From a virus: DNA of 64,000 nt. The stretch spans positions 22,288 to 86,287 of the IMG/VR virus record IMGVR_UViG_3300033149_004284; one strand, written 5' to 3'. Below, piece by piece: positions 1 to 9,584 of the stretch. The position numbers and the translations under genes are program-made. The stretch's first letter is position 1. The number at the start of each line of letters is the position of its first letter. A model generated the notes under the pieces. It ran no database searches, had not been told where the DNA came from, and was given only the letters and a program-made list of their open reading frames with translations.

Positions 1-40
1 ACCTGGGAAGTTTGCGATTGTTGTGAATCTATCACCTCGG

Positions 41-277
41 TCATGACTCATCCCACCTTTCTCTGTCTGCTCTGTTTTGCCATTCTGATACCCAGTTAGG
101 CATGGGTTCCAATTTCTCACCCCGCAGGCGAGCCTCCTCCTTGAGCCAAGTGTCCTCAGCCTCGTCGTCCAATTCAACAAAGGGACCTCGGAAGGGGCCT
201 TTGCGATTCTCTAGTTCTTGAAAGAAGGCTTGGTCCATAACCTCCTCTAACTCTTCAGACAATTCAGGCGTTCTCAC
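41..277 (-). CDS. hypothetical protein
   Basis: ORF 41..352 trimmed to a GTG at 277 that has an AAGGAGG RBS and overlaps the upstream stop (GTGA). Confidence 0.5.
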   Translation of the reverse strand: MRTPELSEELEEVMDQAFFQELENRKGPFRGPFVELDDEAEDTWLKEEARLRGEKLEPMPNWVSEWQNRADRERWDES

Positions 278-654
278 TTTGCCTCCTTTACCAAAGTAAC
301 ATCGACGGAAGAAATACTTACTCCGACTTGAAAGCGGGTTTTGTGCCTCCAAAACCGCATAATGCCGCTCGGATACTCACAGTCTGTTCGTAAAATGGGA
401 ATAAGGTTGAAGAGACTTTTGGGAACCGTCTCCTCAGTAAACTTCCAATTTACATCATCACAGTAGGCGGCTATCTCAGATATCCACTTTTCGCCTATTC
501 GTGTCACTCCCACGACTGCAATTTGCATGAAGCCGCTCTCATGCTTGCGACGTGTGGGGACAAGATATAGCCAGTCGTAAGTCGATACTTCGTCCCAAGG
601 CCTTTCAGGTAGGCTCAATAGGGCCTTATGGGTGATCTTACCTAGAACTTCCAT
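274..654 (-). CDS. hypothetical protein
   Basis: 126 aa ORF, GGAGG RBS, packed in operon. Confidence 0.6.
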   Translation of the reverse strand: MEVLGKITHKALLSLPERPWDEVSTYDWLYLVPTRRKHESGFMQIAVVGVTRIGEKWISEIAAYCDDVNWKFTEETVPKSLFNLIPILRTDCEYPSGIMRFWRHKTRFQVGVSISSVDVTLVKEAK

Positions 655-670
655 GATATACCTCCCCTAT

Positions 671-1420
671 TCAACAAATGTCTCGATAGCTACACCAACG
701 GCATAAGTAGGATTCTCTCCTGGGAAATCTGCCTGCCGAGACTCCTTCAACGAACTCTGGGATAATCACGGAGTCAAGTTCATCTAACTGTGCCTCACTA
801 CGGTGAACTTCAGCGATCTGCCACTGAACTGGGAGAGCCTTGGTGCCGATTACAAATAGGAATCTATGCCCAGGAATCTGTTTCATATAGCAAGTGGATT
901 GCAAATCCTCCTTGAGGCGTTTCTTGGGCCAAGGTCGAGAGGCAGTTTTGAAATCGTAGATAGCGTCTTCAGTCACTAGGTCAGGATGAGATATAAAGGG
1001 CAGATGACCGCCGTCTGGCAGTGAAACCTGTCTCCTCACTGTCATCTCCACGCCCACGATGGGAGAGAGGATAGATGGGGCTATCTCAGTCATGTAGGAG
1101 CGAACCATGGCGAGGCCTAAGGCCCGGAGATCGCTGGGATCGTTCCCAGACCAGTCGATCTGCTCTGTGAAAGTCACTACCCCATCTCGGAAGAAGTCAT
1201 CTGTGATCCCACAATCCCACTCTCTCTCGAATGCTGACAGAGCCCTGGTTTCCTCGTCTATCAGCCCAGCCGCTATGCCAGCATGCACACACCTACCAAA
1301 GTAAAGTGGCCATGGGCATGCTACTGGGATGGCTAGAACTTCCGAAAGATAGAACTTCCGAGGACACTGACGGTACTGGGATAGATATGTATAGGAGAGA
1401 GACTTAAGCTCGAAACTCAT
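671..1420 (-). CDS. PD-(D/E)XK exonuclease, Cas4/RecB-like
   Basis: LSYT..QCPRKFY, FGRCVH, PDLV..IYDFKT, DLQSTCY and C-terminal CRWCSYRDIC cysteine cluster. Confidence 0.85.
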   Translation of the reverse strand: MSFELKSLSYTYLSQYRQCPRKFYLSEVLAIPVACPWPLYFGRCVHAGIAAGLIDEETRALSAFEREWDCGITDDFFRDGVVTFTEQIDWSGNDPSDLRALGLAMVRSYMTEIAPSILSPIVGVEMTVRRQVSLPDGGHLPFISHPDLVTEDAIYDFKTASRPWPKKRLKEDLQSTCYMKQIPGHRFLFVIGTKALPVQWQIAEVHRSEAQLDELDSVIIPEFVEGVSAGRFPRRESYLCRWCSYRDIC

Positions 1421-1791
1421 ACCAGTCTCTCCTCACACTTGCTTGGTCTCTCCACATATCTCCCTACCCTTCCCATCTCATCATAGACGACTTCACATGG
1501 CAACTCGCCCTTTGTCCAGGCCAACCCGTTTATGATGATAGTTGTGCCCTCGTCATATTTACATAAGAGGCTATAAAGTAGAGATAATTCTTGTTCATAG
1601 CCTCTGATTTGACCCATAAGGCCATATCGAGGCAGGGCAACAACAGGAGTGACTTTGCCTGTTAGCCAATTCTTCCTTGCAGGCTTTAGAACCTCAGTTA
1701 ATGGCTCTTTGCGAAGATCATCTAGTTCCATCTGATACTTTTCAAGTATGGGCTCAATTACGGTCCTGAGGTCACTCTGTGGCTTACTCAT
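1417..1791 (-). CDS. hypothetical protein
   Basis: 124 aa ORF with ATGA overlaps on both sides. Confidence 0.6.
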   Translation of the reverse strand: MSKPQSDLRTVIEPILEKYQMELDDLRKEPLTEVLKPARKNWLTGKVTPVVALPRYGLMGQIRGYEQELSLLYSLLCKYDEGTTIIINGLAWTKGELPCEVVYDEMGRVGRYVERPSKCEERLV

Positions 1792-1985
1792 GCTAACTCC
1801 CCTGTGAACTCTAGGCTATCTCTGGGCTTGATCTCCACCCTGACTTTGGCTCCTCTCAATGCCTCAAACAAGTCCTGGCCGTAATGACGCTGTGCTGTTC
1901 TCAGAGTTAGCACCACTATGCTCTCCTGGCTAGATGCCGAACGACTTACTATTCTAACCAACTCACCGCTCAGAGTGATTTTCAT
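1788..1985 (-). CDS. hypothetical protein
   Basis: 65 aa, AGGAGG RBS, coupled to next gene. Confidence 0.55.
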   Translation of the reverse strand: MKITLSGELVRIVSRSASSQESIVVLTLRTAQRHYGQDLFEALRGAKVRVEIKPRDSLEFTGELA

Positions 1986-2001
1986 GGATGTCCTCCTGGA
2001 T

Positions 2002-2036
2002 GGTGGGCTAGGGCAAGAATGCTACTCTAGCCCACC
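2002..2036. terminator. intergenic stem-loop
   Basis: GGTGGGCTAG...CTAGCCCACC inverted repeat; no clear U tract on the coding strand. Confidence 0.45.
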
Positions 2037-2080
2037 TTCTCAAGGGAGATAAGCCTAAGGCAGACTTACTCCCCGCGACT

Positions 2081-2788
2081 CTAAAATCTCATCTCAAAGC
2101 TGTAGGCTCCGTTCTCCTCACTCACGCACTCGGCTGCTACTAGGCTGCTCAGAGCGCTGGCTCCTCTAGTGGCTATCGCGGCTTTGAGTCCCTTCTCGTG
2201 CTGATTGATGCTCAGCATCATCAAGGCAGGCCACTTGAGAGGGCCCTTGCCCGAAGCCTTGGCAGCTTCCAGAGTGTCCAGGAGAGCGTTCTGCACAGCT
2301 TCATCTGAGTCAGAGCCAGCAGAGCCAGTCTCCTCGGTCACGTCTCTCTTGCCCAAGTACTTGGTAGGGACCAGGATCATGGGCTCCCTATCACCGATCT
2401 TGATCTTGCGTCCTGATACCTCGGACATGGTCTTACGTTCCCAGTGGAAGGTCATACCCTCCCAAACTGAGGCCTCGTCCCCAGGAGGCAACTTAGCCTC
2501 ACACTTCAGAGCGGACTTAACCAGGAGGTCTATCTTGGAGTTCTCCTTGAACTGAGCTCCTCCTACTCTAAGCCCACCGTCCAGTACCACGAAGTCGCCC
2601 TTGCCAAGTGAGTACCAGGCAAGCTGATTCTCGCCTGCGTAGTCAGGGTCTAGGTTCTTGATCGAGAGAACCATCTGTACTCCGTAGTCGCCCTCTTGGA
2701 AGACGGCGGTCTCCACCACTCCATCGAACTTGTCCAGGAAGCCTGCAGGTTCAGGATTCCTGTTCCAACCAAACTCTCCTTTAGGCAT
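2081..2788 (-). CDS. hypothetical protein, possibly ssDNA-binding
   Basis: 235 aa, AAGGAG RBS, beta-rich aromatic N-terminal half, lies in the helicase/exonuclease module; function inferred from context only. Confidence 0.5.
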   Translation of the reverse strand: MPKGEFGWNRNPEPAGFLDKFDGVVETAVFQEGDYGVQMVLSIKNLDPDYAGENQLAWYSLGKGDFVVLDGGLRVGGAQFKENSKIDLLVKSALKCEAKLPPGDEASVWEGMTFHWERKTMSEVSGRKIKIGDREPMILVPTKYLGKRDVTEETGSAGSDSDEAVQNALLDTLEAAKASGKGPLKWPALMMLSINQHEKGLKAAIATRGASALSSLVAAECVSEENGAYSFEMRF

Positions 2789-2831
2789 GTCTTTCTCCTT
2801 TATGTAGATAAACGGCTAACCGATCTAGGCC

Positions 2832-3005
2832 TTATTCCCCTATTCTCCTCCTTTCGATTTTATCAGCTTGGCAGATGCGAGCAAGAACTGCCAGCAAGGA
2901 TGAACCACAGAAGACCGCAGTGGCAGTGGGGAGATCTCCGAGACACAACAGGATAGTAGCTGCAAATCCGCCAAGTGTCGCTAGGGCCATGAGGAAGTTG
3001 TCCAT
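2832..3005 (-). CDS. small membrane protein
   Basis: two hydrophobic segments; ATG at 3005 with GAGG RBS. Confidence 0.5.
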   Translation of the reverse strand: MDNFLMALATLGGFAATILLCLGDLPTATAVFCGSSLLAVLARICQADKIERRRIGE

Positions 3006-3234
3006 CGTTACCTCTTTTCTCCAATCGAGTCCTTGCATTGTGAATCTCCCTTTTCTGTTTTAGCCCGCTGCCGAGACCTCTTAAGTCAGCTCCTACTGCG
3101 ATGTGTGCTAAGGTAGCAAGACCTTCCTTTTTACTGTCTAGCATCAATCCTCTAGGTTAAAGCAAGTACTGCCAAGAGACAAGCACCAACGAGCACACCA
3201 GCAATAGATGACCAGCCAGGTCTCGCCATAGGCC

Positions 3235-3537
3235 TCATTCCATAGGTACCTCCTCATTGCCAGGAGCCTCGCGGGGCTTCATCTCGATCTCAACTACATT
3301 CTTCTTGGCCAGAAGAACACTCAATTTCCCGCCCCCCGATTCTCGGACTGTAAGTGAATTCTTGACGCCACGGGTCAGGAAGATCTTCCAACGAGGCCCT
3401 TTCCAATCCTCGCCCAGCATGTCTATAACTATGCCGCCGAGATCTTCGGTAAACCCCGTATCGCCTTCACTAACGATCTCCTCCCAGGCACCAGGACATT
3501 CACTGCCTTTGGGGAACTTAACCAAGTAAACCTTCAT
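3235..3537 (-). CDS. hypothetical protein
   Basis: 100 aa, AAGGAGG RBS. Confidence 0.6.
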   Translation of the reverse strand: MKVYLVKFPKGSECPGAWEEIVSEGDTGFTEDLGGIVIDMLGEDWKGPRWKIFLTRGVKNSLTVRESGGGKLSVLLAKKNVVEIEMKPREAPGNEEVPME

Positions 3538-3576
3538 TATCCCTCCTTTCCCTTGGACATACTTAGTTGTAACAGG

Positions 3577-5184
3577 CTAGCTACTTCCTTTTTTTCTCCA
3601 AACTATGGCATCTTTGAACCACTGGGGGAAATAGTCTCTATACTTATTGACCAGCCAACCCAGATGCCCGTCTAGCATGTAATTGACCGACCAGTCAGTG
3701 GGACTCCTAGTTGTACGCCCCGTAGTCTGCACGATGTTCATGCAGGTCTGATACTGATACCAACGCTTGCTCTCGTTTGCCCTCGCCCGAATCTGCGGAT
3801 CGGCTAGGGACGGAAAGGGCGTTTTGACCTGGATGGCGAATCTCGCTCTATCGTCATCGAAGGAGACCCCCTCGGACATAGATGGTGACACGAGAACCTT
3901 CGGTCCCTCTGCTGCCATGAACTCACCCAAGACCTCGCTCCTGTCCGCTCGGCCATGGGTTATCATGTACTCAGACCACCGCGAGTAGGCAAGTAGATAG
4001 TCTCGTATCTTGTAGCTCACGCTGTGAATGATACCCTTCTGGCCCTCGGCGAAATGCCTATCTAGTATCTTGTCGCATTCTTGGACTACTCTGGGAAGTT
4101 GGCTCTCCAGTGTCTTGCGATTCAACTTAACCACAGCCAGATTTATCAAAGGTCTACTTGCAACAGGAAAGGTAGATTGCACTTCAAGGCTACCATGCTC
4201 TCCTATTCCTAACACCTCAGGGAACGGTGGCGTTGCCGACATGAGCAGAAACTTCTGGCCATGCTTGAACAAGTACGGATAGGCATACTTGCTAACCCAC
4301 ACTGGCTTGAACTTGACAGACCAGGGTTTGTATTCCTCCAGCCAGGTCTCATTGAGCTCAGACAGCTTCCCGACTTCCTTGTAGACGCGGTCAAGTCTTT
4401 GGTAGTCTTTCATGAAGGACTTATCCCAATTGAATGATTGAGCCTGGGCAGCGAGCTTAGCCAGGACATCGCTGACCTTGGGCAGGATGGCCATTGCCCA
4501 TTCTTTCCACCTTGTAAAGCCTTTGAGACTGGGAACTTGGATGCCATACTTACCCAGGAGCTTCTTGTTGATAGAGATATTCACCCAGGACATGAGCTCC
4601 CGTTCTGTACGGTGAGACTCATCCAAGATCACAAAAGGCCGTCTCATCTTGCCAATATAGTTGAGCTCATTGAGAGCATAAGCGTAGGGCATCGCCACGA
4701 TGTCTGCTCCTAGCGCCCTCTTCTTAGCCAGGTAGTAGGGACATTTCGAGAACTTCACTGGGCACTGATCTCCCATAGTACATGGTGCGATGTCTGCAGT
4801 GAGATGCGGATAAACATAACAAGGATAATTACTCCTGCCTTTCATCACCACGACGCTTTCTGGGAAGGACATCTCATATTGAGAAGCCAGCTGCTTGGTG
4901 CCAACTAAGATGAGAGCTCTGAGCCTTAGCTCTTTTGCTACTGCGCAGCCAATCAACGACTTGCCCGTTCCGGTGGGTCCGCTCAGGCTTACAAGATTGT
5001 AAGAATCGCTAAGTTGTTTGGCGATTTCCCCAATGGCCTCGCGCTGATGGAGTCTCCAGTGCGGAAACCTTTCCCCTGGAAACCCCAAATCGGCAGGGGT
5101 GTCATAATTCATCGGCGCGTGGTCGGCGGGGAATCCTAGTTCTGATGGTCTAATCATCCAAGACCTCTGAGAGTACCTGGGCAT
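3577..5184 (-). CDS. DinG/XPD-family SF2 helicase with Fe-S cluster
   Basis: Q motif (RLHQ), GPTGTGKS, KGRSNYPC..C..C..CPYY, DESH, MSAT, SEGVSF, QTTGRTTR. Confidence 0.9.
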   Translation of the reverse strand: MPRYSQRSWMIRPSELGFPADHAPMNYDTPADLGFPGERFPHWRLHQREAIGEIAKQLSDSYNLVSLSGPTGTGKSLIGCAVAKELRLRALILVGTKQLASQYEMSFPESVVVMKGRSNYPCYVYPHLTADIAPCTMGDQCPVKFSKCPYYLAKKRALGADIVAMPYAYALNELNYIGKMRRPFVILDESHRTERELMSWVNISINKKLLGKYGIQVPSLKGFTRWKEWAMAILPKVSDVLAKLAAQAQSFNWDKSFMKDYQRLDRVYKEVGKLSELNETWLEEYKPWSVKFKPVWVSKYAYPYLFKHGQKFLLMSATPPFPEVLGIGEHGSLEVQSTFPVASRPLINLAVVKLNRKTLESQLPRVVQECDKILDRHFAEGQKGIIHSVSYKIRDYLLAYSRWSEYMITHGRADRSEVLGEFMAAEGPKVLVSPSMSEGVSFDDDRARFAIQVKTPFPSLADPQIRARANESKRWYQYQTCMNIVQTTGRTTRSPTDWSVNYMLDGHLGWLVNKYRDYFPQWFKDAIVWRKKGSS

Positions 5185-5500
5185 CTTTGGGCAGAACCAG
5201 GAACGGAAATCTCTGTTGCATAGCGGCCATCCTAGATAGAATAGTTTGGCTTCCTGTATTCCGCCAATCTGCTGCTAGACGTTGAAAGGTGGCCCTAATG
5301 TTCTCCCTGCGTCTAACAATCCGCCTAGATTGAATCAGGGAAAGCTCATCCTCAGTAAACCCCTGATCTTCCTCAATAGCTTTCTGAAGCTTCTCTCTTG
5401 CATACTCTGAGATGTTCCCGCCACGGCGGTTGGTGACTCTGATAAGACCATCCCAGGTCTCATCATCTAGGCGAACCCGAATCGTGTGATTGAGAGCCAA
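5150..5500 (-). CDS. ribbon-helix-helix DNA-binding protein
   Basis: TIRVRLDDE...NISEYARE pattern; TTG start with AGGAGG RBS. Confidence 0.75.
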   Translation of the reverse strand: MALNHTIRVRLDDETWDGLIRVTNRRGGNISEYAREKLQKAIEEDQGFTEDELSLIQSRRIVRRRENIRATFQRLAADWRNTGSQTILSRMAAMQQRFPFLVLPKDAQVLSEVLDD

Positions 5501-5858
5501 TGTTGTCTCCTCCTGTTCTTTTTCGGGTTACCTCGAGTGCCCTGACGACGGCAGGTTCCAGGCCTAAATTGGGATAAGTCTCGCGAAGACTCTGAATCGC
5601 TTCGAGGTGAGTAAAGTCACCCGTTTTAGTCCAAAGGCTATAGAGAGTCTTCACCTTCTCCTCAGCTAACTCAATGCTATGAAGTTGATGATAGAGGCTG
5701 GCAAGGGAACGTTCCCCCTCAGACGTTCCCCTAAGAATCTTCTCCTCAATCGCGGATCGCACATATTCAGAGAGCGAGGACCTGCCAGTCTCAAGAGCCT
5801 CACGGAGAGCAGCATATTCAACCCCGCTTAGACGGACCGAAATGACCTTCTCTTTCAT
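5463..5858 (-). CDS. ribbon-helix-helix DNA-binding protein, paralogue of 5150..5500
   Basis: VISVRLS...SLSEYVRSAI; shares C-terminal W..TG...(Y/F)P.L; ATG at 5858 after GGAGG. Confidence 0.75.
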   Translation of the reverse strand: MKEKVISVRLSGVEYAALREALETGRSSLSEYVRSAIEEKILRGTSEGERSLASLYHQLHSIELAEEKVKTLYSLWTKTGDFTHLEAIQSLRETYPNLGLEPAVVRALEVTRKRTGGDNIGSQSHDSGSPR

Positions 5859-6106
5859 TTCTCCTCCCTTTTGTATGACGGTAAGAACAGGGCGTTTACG
5901 TCCAAAACAGCCAAATCCTATAAAATCTCGCAATCAACAGTAACCAACCGCTATACATAACATGTGTAAACAATCATACGGCTTTTTGACTCTGGCCTAT
6001 TAAAGAATAGAGTAGATTTCTCGGTGGGACGGAGACAGAATCCTTGTAAACGCATAAACATCCTACGCCCCGTTGACGTATTATCGTGTGAATCTAGCCT
6101 AATTCT

Positions 6107-6135
6107 ACTATAGCACAAACGTACACGGTTGTCAA
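6107..6135 (-). promoter_or_regulatory. sigma70-type promoter for the RHH/helicase operon
   Basis: TTGACA-N17-TATAGT with TG extension. Confidence 0.85.
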
Positions 6136-6162
6136 GTCCCAATTTCACCCCCACCTATGGGC

Positions 6163-6252
6163 GTCGTTATGTCTAGTGGCTATGAGTGTCGTTATGTCTA
6201 GTGACTACCCTCGGACAGCTACCCGCGGACAGCTACCCTCGGATAACTATCT
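6163..6252. repeat. direct repeats upstream of promoter
   Basis: 2 x GTCGTTATGTCTAGTG (6163, 6188) then 3 x 14-bp CTACCC(T/G)CGGA(C/T)A(G/A) tandem (6205-6246). Confidence 0.9.
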
Positions 6253-6382
6253 ATGAAACCCTATCCAGGCCAGGCAACCGAGCAAGACCACTATTGCTAT
6301 CCCCGCCTCGACAGCCAGAATCTCCCAAATCAGTGTGGGCATGATTCACGTATCTCCCTTGGGCAATGTTTCATATGTCTCC

Positions 6383-6808
6383 CTATGGTTCACAGACCTC
6401 CTCTGGGCATGATTCACATGCCTCCCCTGGGTACACTTCACATACCTCTCTGGTGGGCCACCATGCCCAATTCTCACCAAGAGCATGGCAAGCTGCGAGA
6501 CTGCTCATCCAGGGACTCAAACGCGGATCGCCGTTCTTCTCCCAGTTCCATGTTACGCCCATATCGCGTAAGGCAACTCTGATGGATTCCTCATGCCACT
6601 GCCAAAGAGAAACAGCAGCCCCGTTATCGCCAACGGCATGTAGGTCCCAGTGCGACTCGTGCTCTACTATGCAGCAGGCCAGACTAGGGTCTACATGGTA
6701 GAGGCCCGCCGAGACTCTGACAACAGCCCTGAGATAGTCCTCTGGTGGCGGCTCAGATGCAGGGTGGATAGCCAATATGAGCAGGGCAGCCAGAATGCGA
6801 GGGTTCAA
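6383..6808 (-). CDS. secreted lytic transglycosylase-like protein
   Basis: signal-peptide-like N terminus; IVEHESHWDLHAVGD..AVSLWQW matches the SLT ES and GLxQ motifs. Confidence 0.65.
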   Translation of the reverse strand: MNPRILAALLILAIHPASEPPPEDYLRAVVRVSAGLYHVDPSLACCIVEHESHWDLHAVGDNGAAVSLWQWHEESIRVALRDMGVTWNWEKNGDPRLSPWMSSLAACHALGENWAWWPTREVCEVYPGEACESCPEEVCEP

Positions 6809-7158
6809 AATGGTGCCTCCTTGTCTCCTGTAGCAGCCTTGGCAGCTGCGATCCTGTCAGCTTGCATCAGGGCCGCCTCTTGAGCGTCCGCAATATGCCT
6901 ACCGAGGCTATATCCTTGCTCGTCTATTTCTGCCTGCGCTATCTGGTCATGTATCTCGGCGATCTCGTCAGGCAAGCGTCCTCCTGTGCAGTTCTCACAA
7001 GGCTCTTCTACGAATCCGCCAGCTTCTGGATAGTCTTCAAGAACATAGCCCGTGTCGAAACATTTTGTACAATTGTGCAACATGTCTATTGTCCTTAGAA
7101 ATACTTGATAGGAGCACCGAGATAGAGCATCTCTCCCTTTTTCGCCGTTCTCGAACAC
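6805..7158 (-). CDS. Zn-finger hypothetical protein
   Basis: CTKCFDTG...PCENC motif. Confidence 0.5.
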   Translation of the reverse strand: MFENGEKGRDALSRCSYQVFLRTIDMLHNCTKCFDTGYVLEDYPEAGGFVEEPCENCTGGRLPDEIAEIHDQIAQAEIDEQGYSLGRHIADAQEAALMQADRIAAAKAATGDKEAPF

Positions 7159-7175
7159 ATTCCTGATTGTTGAAG

Positions 7176-7532
7176 CTACAGCATTTGCCGGTCTACCAAC
7201 ATTTCTCCAACCCGCCAGTCACCAGGAAGCGCATCAGCCCGTCTTTGAGCAGCTTCTCTAGTACTCCACGCGGAGTCTACCTCCCAAGGATCGTGGTTAC
7301 TAAAGCATACCAGATATACAATAGACGGCTTCCTTCCCTCTATTATACCAGTGAAATCTTCTGGTGGATTGGTGACATCAACACCCTCACCAGTTACTGT
7401 ATGTCCTTCCCAGTCTCCCTTACGCATCATGTGTCCTCCTATAATCTCTCTAATATCCACAATCCTGCTTGGACGGCCAGTAACACTAGCACACAAAGAA
7501 CAGGTGGTTTCTCTTCTCTGTTCATGTTTCAC
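7176..7532 (-). CDS. hypothetical protein
   Basis: 118 aa ORF in operon. Confidence 0.45.
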   Translation of the reverse strand: MKHEQRRETTCSLCASVTGRPSRIVDIREIIGGHMMRKGDWEGHTVTGEGVDVTNPPEDFTGIIEGRKPSIVYLVCFSNHDPWEVDSAWSTREAAQRRADALPGDWRVGEMLVDRQML

Positions 7533-7977
7533 TATCCAGATATTGAGATAGGTCTTTGGCTATCACAACCCGTTGCCTCTTGATGTTGCTGACTGGTGCG
7601 TTAGCAAGGAAGGGAGCGGCTTCTAGGAACGCTGGCTTATCCAGTTTCACTAGGATGCCTCCGCGCCCACGACACCAGGCTAAAGCGTCATTCTCATCGA
7701 ACTCAACGGCCATGTGCTCCTCGATCTGCACCCCAGGCCAGGGATTCTTATTGCCAGTCTCTGCATAGACAGCCAGAGCTTTTTCTCGGATCCGTGCAGC
7801 AAGCCTATCTACTTCCCTTTGGCTTTCGCGTCGCCAGAATTGCGCATCGCGAAAATGGGTATATGCTGGGCTTTGTTCTACATCCGCCTGGCACTCTGCT
7901 TCAAACCGCTTCCGACTCTCCAGGCTCGCCCGTGCTTCAGCTAGTTGCTCCAATATCGCAAGTATCTCGTCATTCAT
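7522..7977 (-). CDS. coiled-coil phage protein
   Basis: AAGGAGG RBS; coiled coil followed by KNPWPGVQIEE. Confidence 0.6.
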   Translation of the reverse strand: MNDEILAILEQLAEARASLESRKRFEAECQADVEQSPAYTHFRDAQFWRRESQREVDRLAARIREKALAVYAETGNKNPWPGVQIEEHMAVEFDENDALAWCRGRGGILVKLDKPAFLEAAPFLANAPVSNIKRQRVVIAKDLSQYLDSET

Positions 7978-8398
7978 CTATCTCCTCCTTCGGCAAGTAT
8001 TGAGATAGGTCTTCCGCTATTGTAACCTGCGGCTCCTTAGCGATCGGGCTCTCCTCCTCGACCTGTACTCCAGGCCAAGGATTCTTGATGCTCCTCGTTG
8101 CATAGACGGTCAGAGCCGCAGCTCGGATTTGTGCGGCAAGCCTATCTACCTCCTTTTGGCTCATACGCCGTCGATATTGCGCCTTGGTAAGACAGGAATC
8201 TGCCAGGCGTTTTTCTTCCCGACTCTCTGCTTCGATCCTTTTCCAATTTTCCAGGTTTGCCCGCATCTTAGCTAGTCGCCGCAGCATCCAGGCCATGTCC
8301 CTCCCTTCCCTGCTCATTCTCCACTTGTTGGAAATAACGTTCTGCATTCTCCATAGCCTCCTTGTAATGCTTCTCGCAATAGTCATGCGAGACACCAC
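7970..8398 (-). CDS. shorter paralogue of 7522..7977
   Basis: shares EVDRLAA.IR..AL.VYA, KNPWPGVQ and IA.DLSQYL; true start uncertain. Confidence 0.6.
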   Translation of the reverse strand: MVSRMTIARSITRRLWRMQNVISNKWRMSREGRDMAWMLRRLAKMRANLENWKRIEAESREEKRLADSCLTKAQYRRRMSQKEVDRLAAQIRAAALTVYATRSIKNPWPGVQVEEESPIAKEPQVTIAEDLSQYLPKEEIDE

Positions 8399-8462
8399 CG
8401 CTTGGCGTCTCTATCCAGCGTAAGTGCTTCCCACAGACGCAGCACCGGACTTCTGTTCGCAT
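8268..8462 (-). CDS. small Zn-finger protein
   Basis: CCVCGKH...SHDYCEKH; GGAGG RBS. Confidence 0.5.
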   Translation of the reverse strand: MRTEVRCCVCGKHLRWIETPSGGVSHDYCEKHYKEAMENAERYFQQVENEQGREGHGLDAAATS

Positions 8463-8665
8463 ATCATAGCCTCCAGCATCTCGTCAACGGCCTCTGTCCA
8501 GTCAAGGCTCTCTCGCAAACGCTTCTCTAAGGAAGGCGCTGGCAATAGCTTGCCCGTCTCTATGTATGAGATAAATCTGTTATCTGTCATCGCCAAATCT
8601 GCCAATTTCTCTTGACTGTATCCTCTTGTGACTCGTAGGACCCGCATTCGCTTGCCAAAGTTCAT
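8411..8665 (-). CDS. XRE-family HTH regulator
   Basis: FGKRMRVLR..RGYSQEKLAD....ISYIETGK. Confidence 0.85.
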   Translation of the reverse strand: MNFGKRMRVLRVTRGYSQEKLADLAMTDNRFISYIETGKLLPAPSLEKRLRESLDWTEAVDEMLEAMICEQKSGAASVGSTYAG

Positions 8666-8943
8666 CCAGATGCCTCCCCTCTGTAGCAATGCACGGTTTT
8701 CATCAATTGTTCTTGTGTGGCCTTCCTAGCCTCGACTGCTATGTACTTGCGTTGTGATACTTTGCATAATAGCCATATCTCATTTGGGTGATTGATGATT
8801 AGCCAATAGCCTGGCCTGATTCTTTGTCATAGGGCCTCCTAAGGGGTGATCTGGGGGGCTGCAATGCTGACCAATGCTTTAGGCTGCTCCCCCCGCAGCA
8901 ATTCAATCAAGCGCTCTACAGTCATTGTCATGTTTGTCCTTTC

Positions 8944-9171
8944 TCAATGCTGACCGATGCTTCGGAACTCATTGAGAGTTTTGCTTACTGCTTGGGCCAT
9001 GGGTATAGGAAGACTGGCCGTAAGGCTAGTTCCATAACGCTCCTCAGTCCATGACAGGATGTCGCGACAAACGGAGTTGTTGCGCCTGAGGACTTCCCCG
9101 TAGACGAACAAGGCCCGTTTGAGGACTTGTAGTTCAGCGGGGGATACCTTGAGAACTACTTCTGCTTTCAT
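8944..9171 (-). CDS. hypothetical protein
   Basis: ATG at 9171 after AAGGAG. Confidence 0.5.
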   Translation of the reverse strand: MKAEVVLKVSPAELQVLKRALFVYGEVLRRNNSVCRDILSWTEERYGTSLTASLPIPMAQAVSKTLNEFRSIGQH

Positions 9172-9211
9172 TACGATCTCTCCTTTCTGCATGTTTGACT
9201 CATAGTGAGAT

Positions 9212-9418
9212 TCATCGGTCGCATGCATCATCAAGTATAGATTGTGCAATGCTGCCAAGATATGCTATCAGTCTAGTGAACGACAAGAGACTCCATCGCT
9301 CTGAGGCCAGAACAAGACGCAGCGCGCGACGTAAAGCCATCTGGCGAGAGTCAAATGGTTGTAAAGTGTCAGTTGCTTCATCCAGACACATTTCCAATTG
9401 TTCATCTACGGTGGTCAT
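9212..9418 (-). CDS. hypothetical protein
   Basis: ATG at 9418 after AGGAGG, within ORF 9212..9766. Confidence 0.45.
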   Translation of the reverse strand: MTTVDEQLEMCLDEATDTLQPFDSRQMALRRALRLVLASERWSLLSFTRLIAYLGSIAQSILDDACDR

Positions 9419-9584
9419 CGATCTTCCTCCTCTGGGGCACAAATAACTCCATATGGCAATCCCAGTGAGTTTTATCTGCCTGTTTACTTCCGCCAACGCC
9501 GCTGATGTAGTAGTCGAGTTGGTCACAAACAATGTACATGATGGACTCTGGCCTTGATACGCCGGAGGGCTTTGCCCTCCTCGA

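Noticed and set aside
6163-6252. CRISPR mini-array (also considered 21757-21831 and 26018-26088)
   Set aside because: Repeats are too short or tandem, spacers are far below 25 nt, and there is no cas operon; the Cas4-like gene is a common phage exonuclease.
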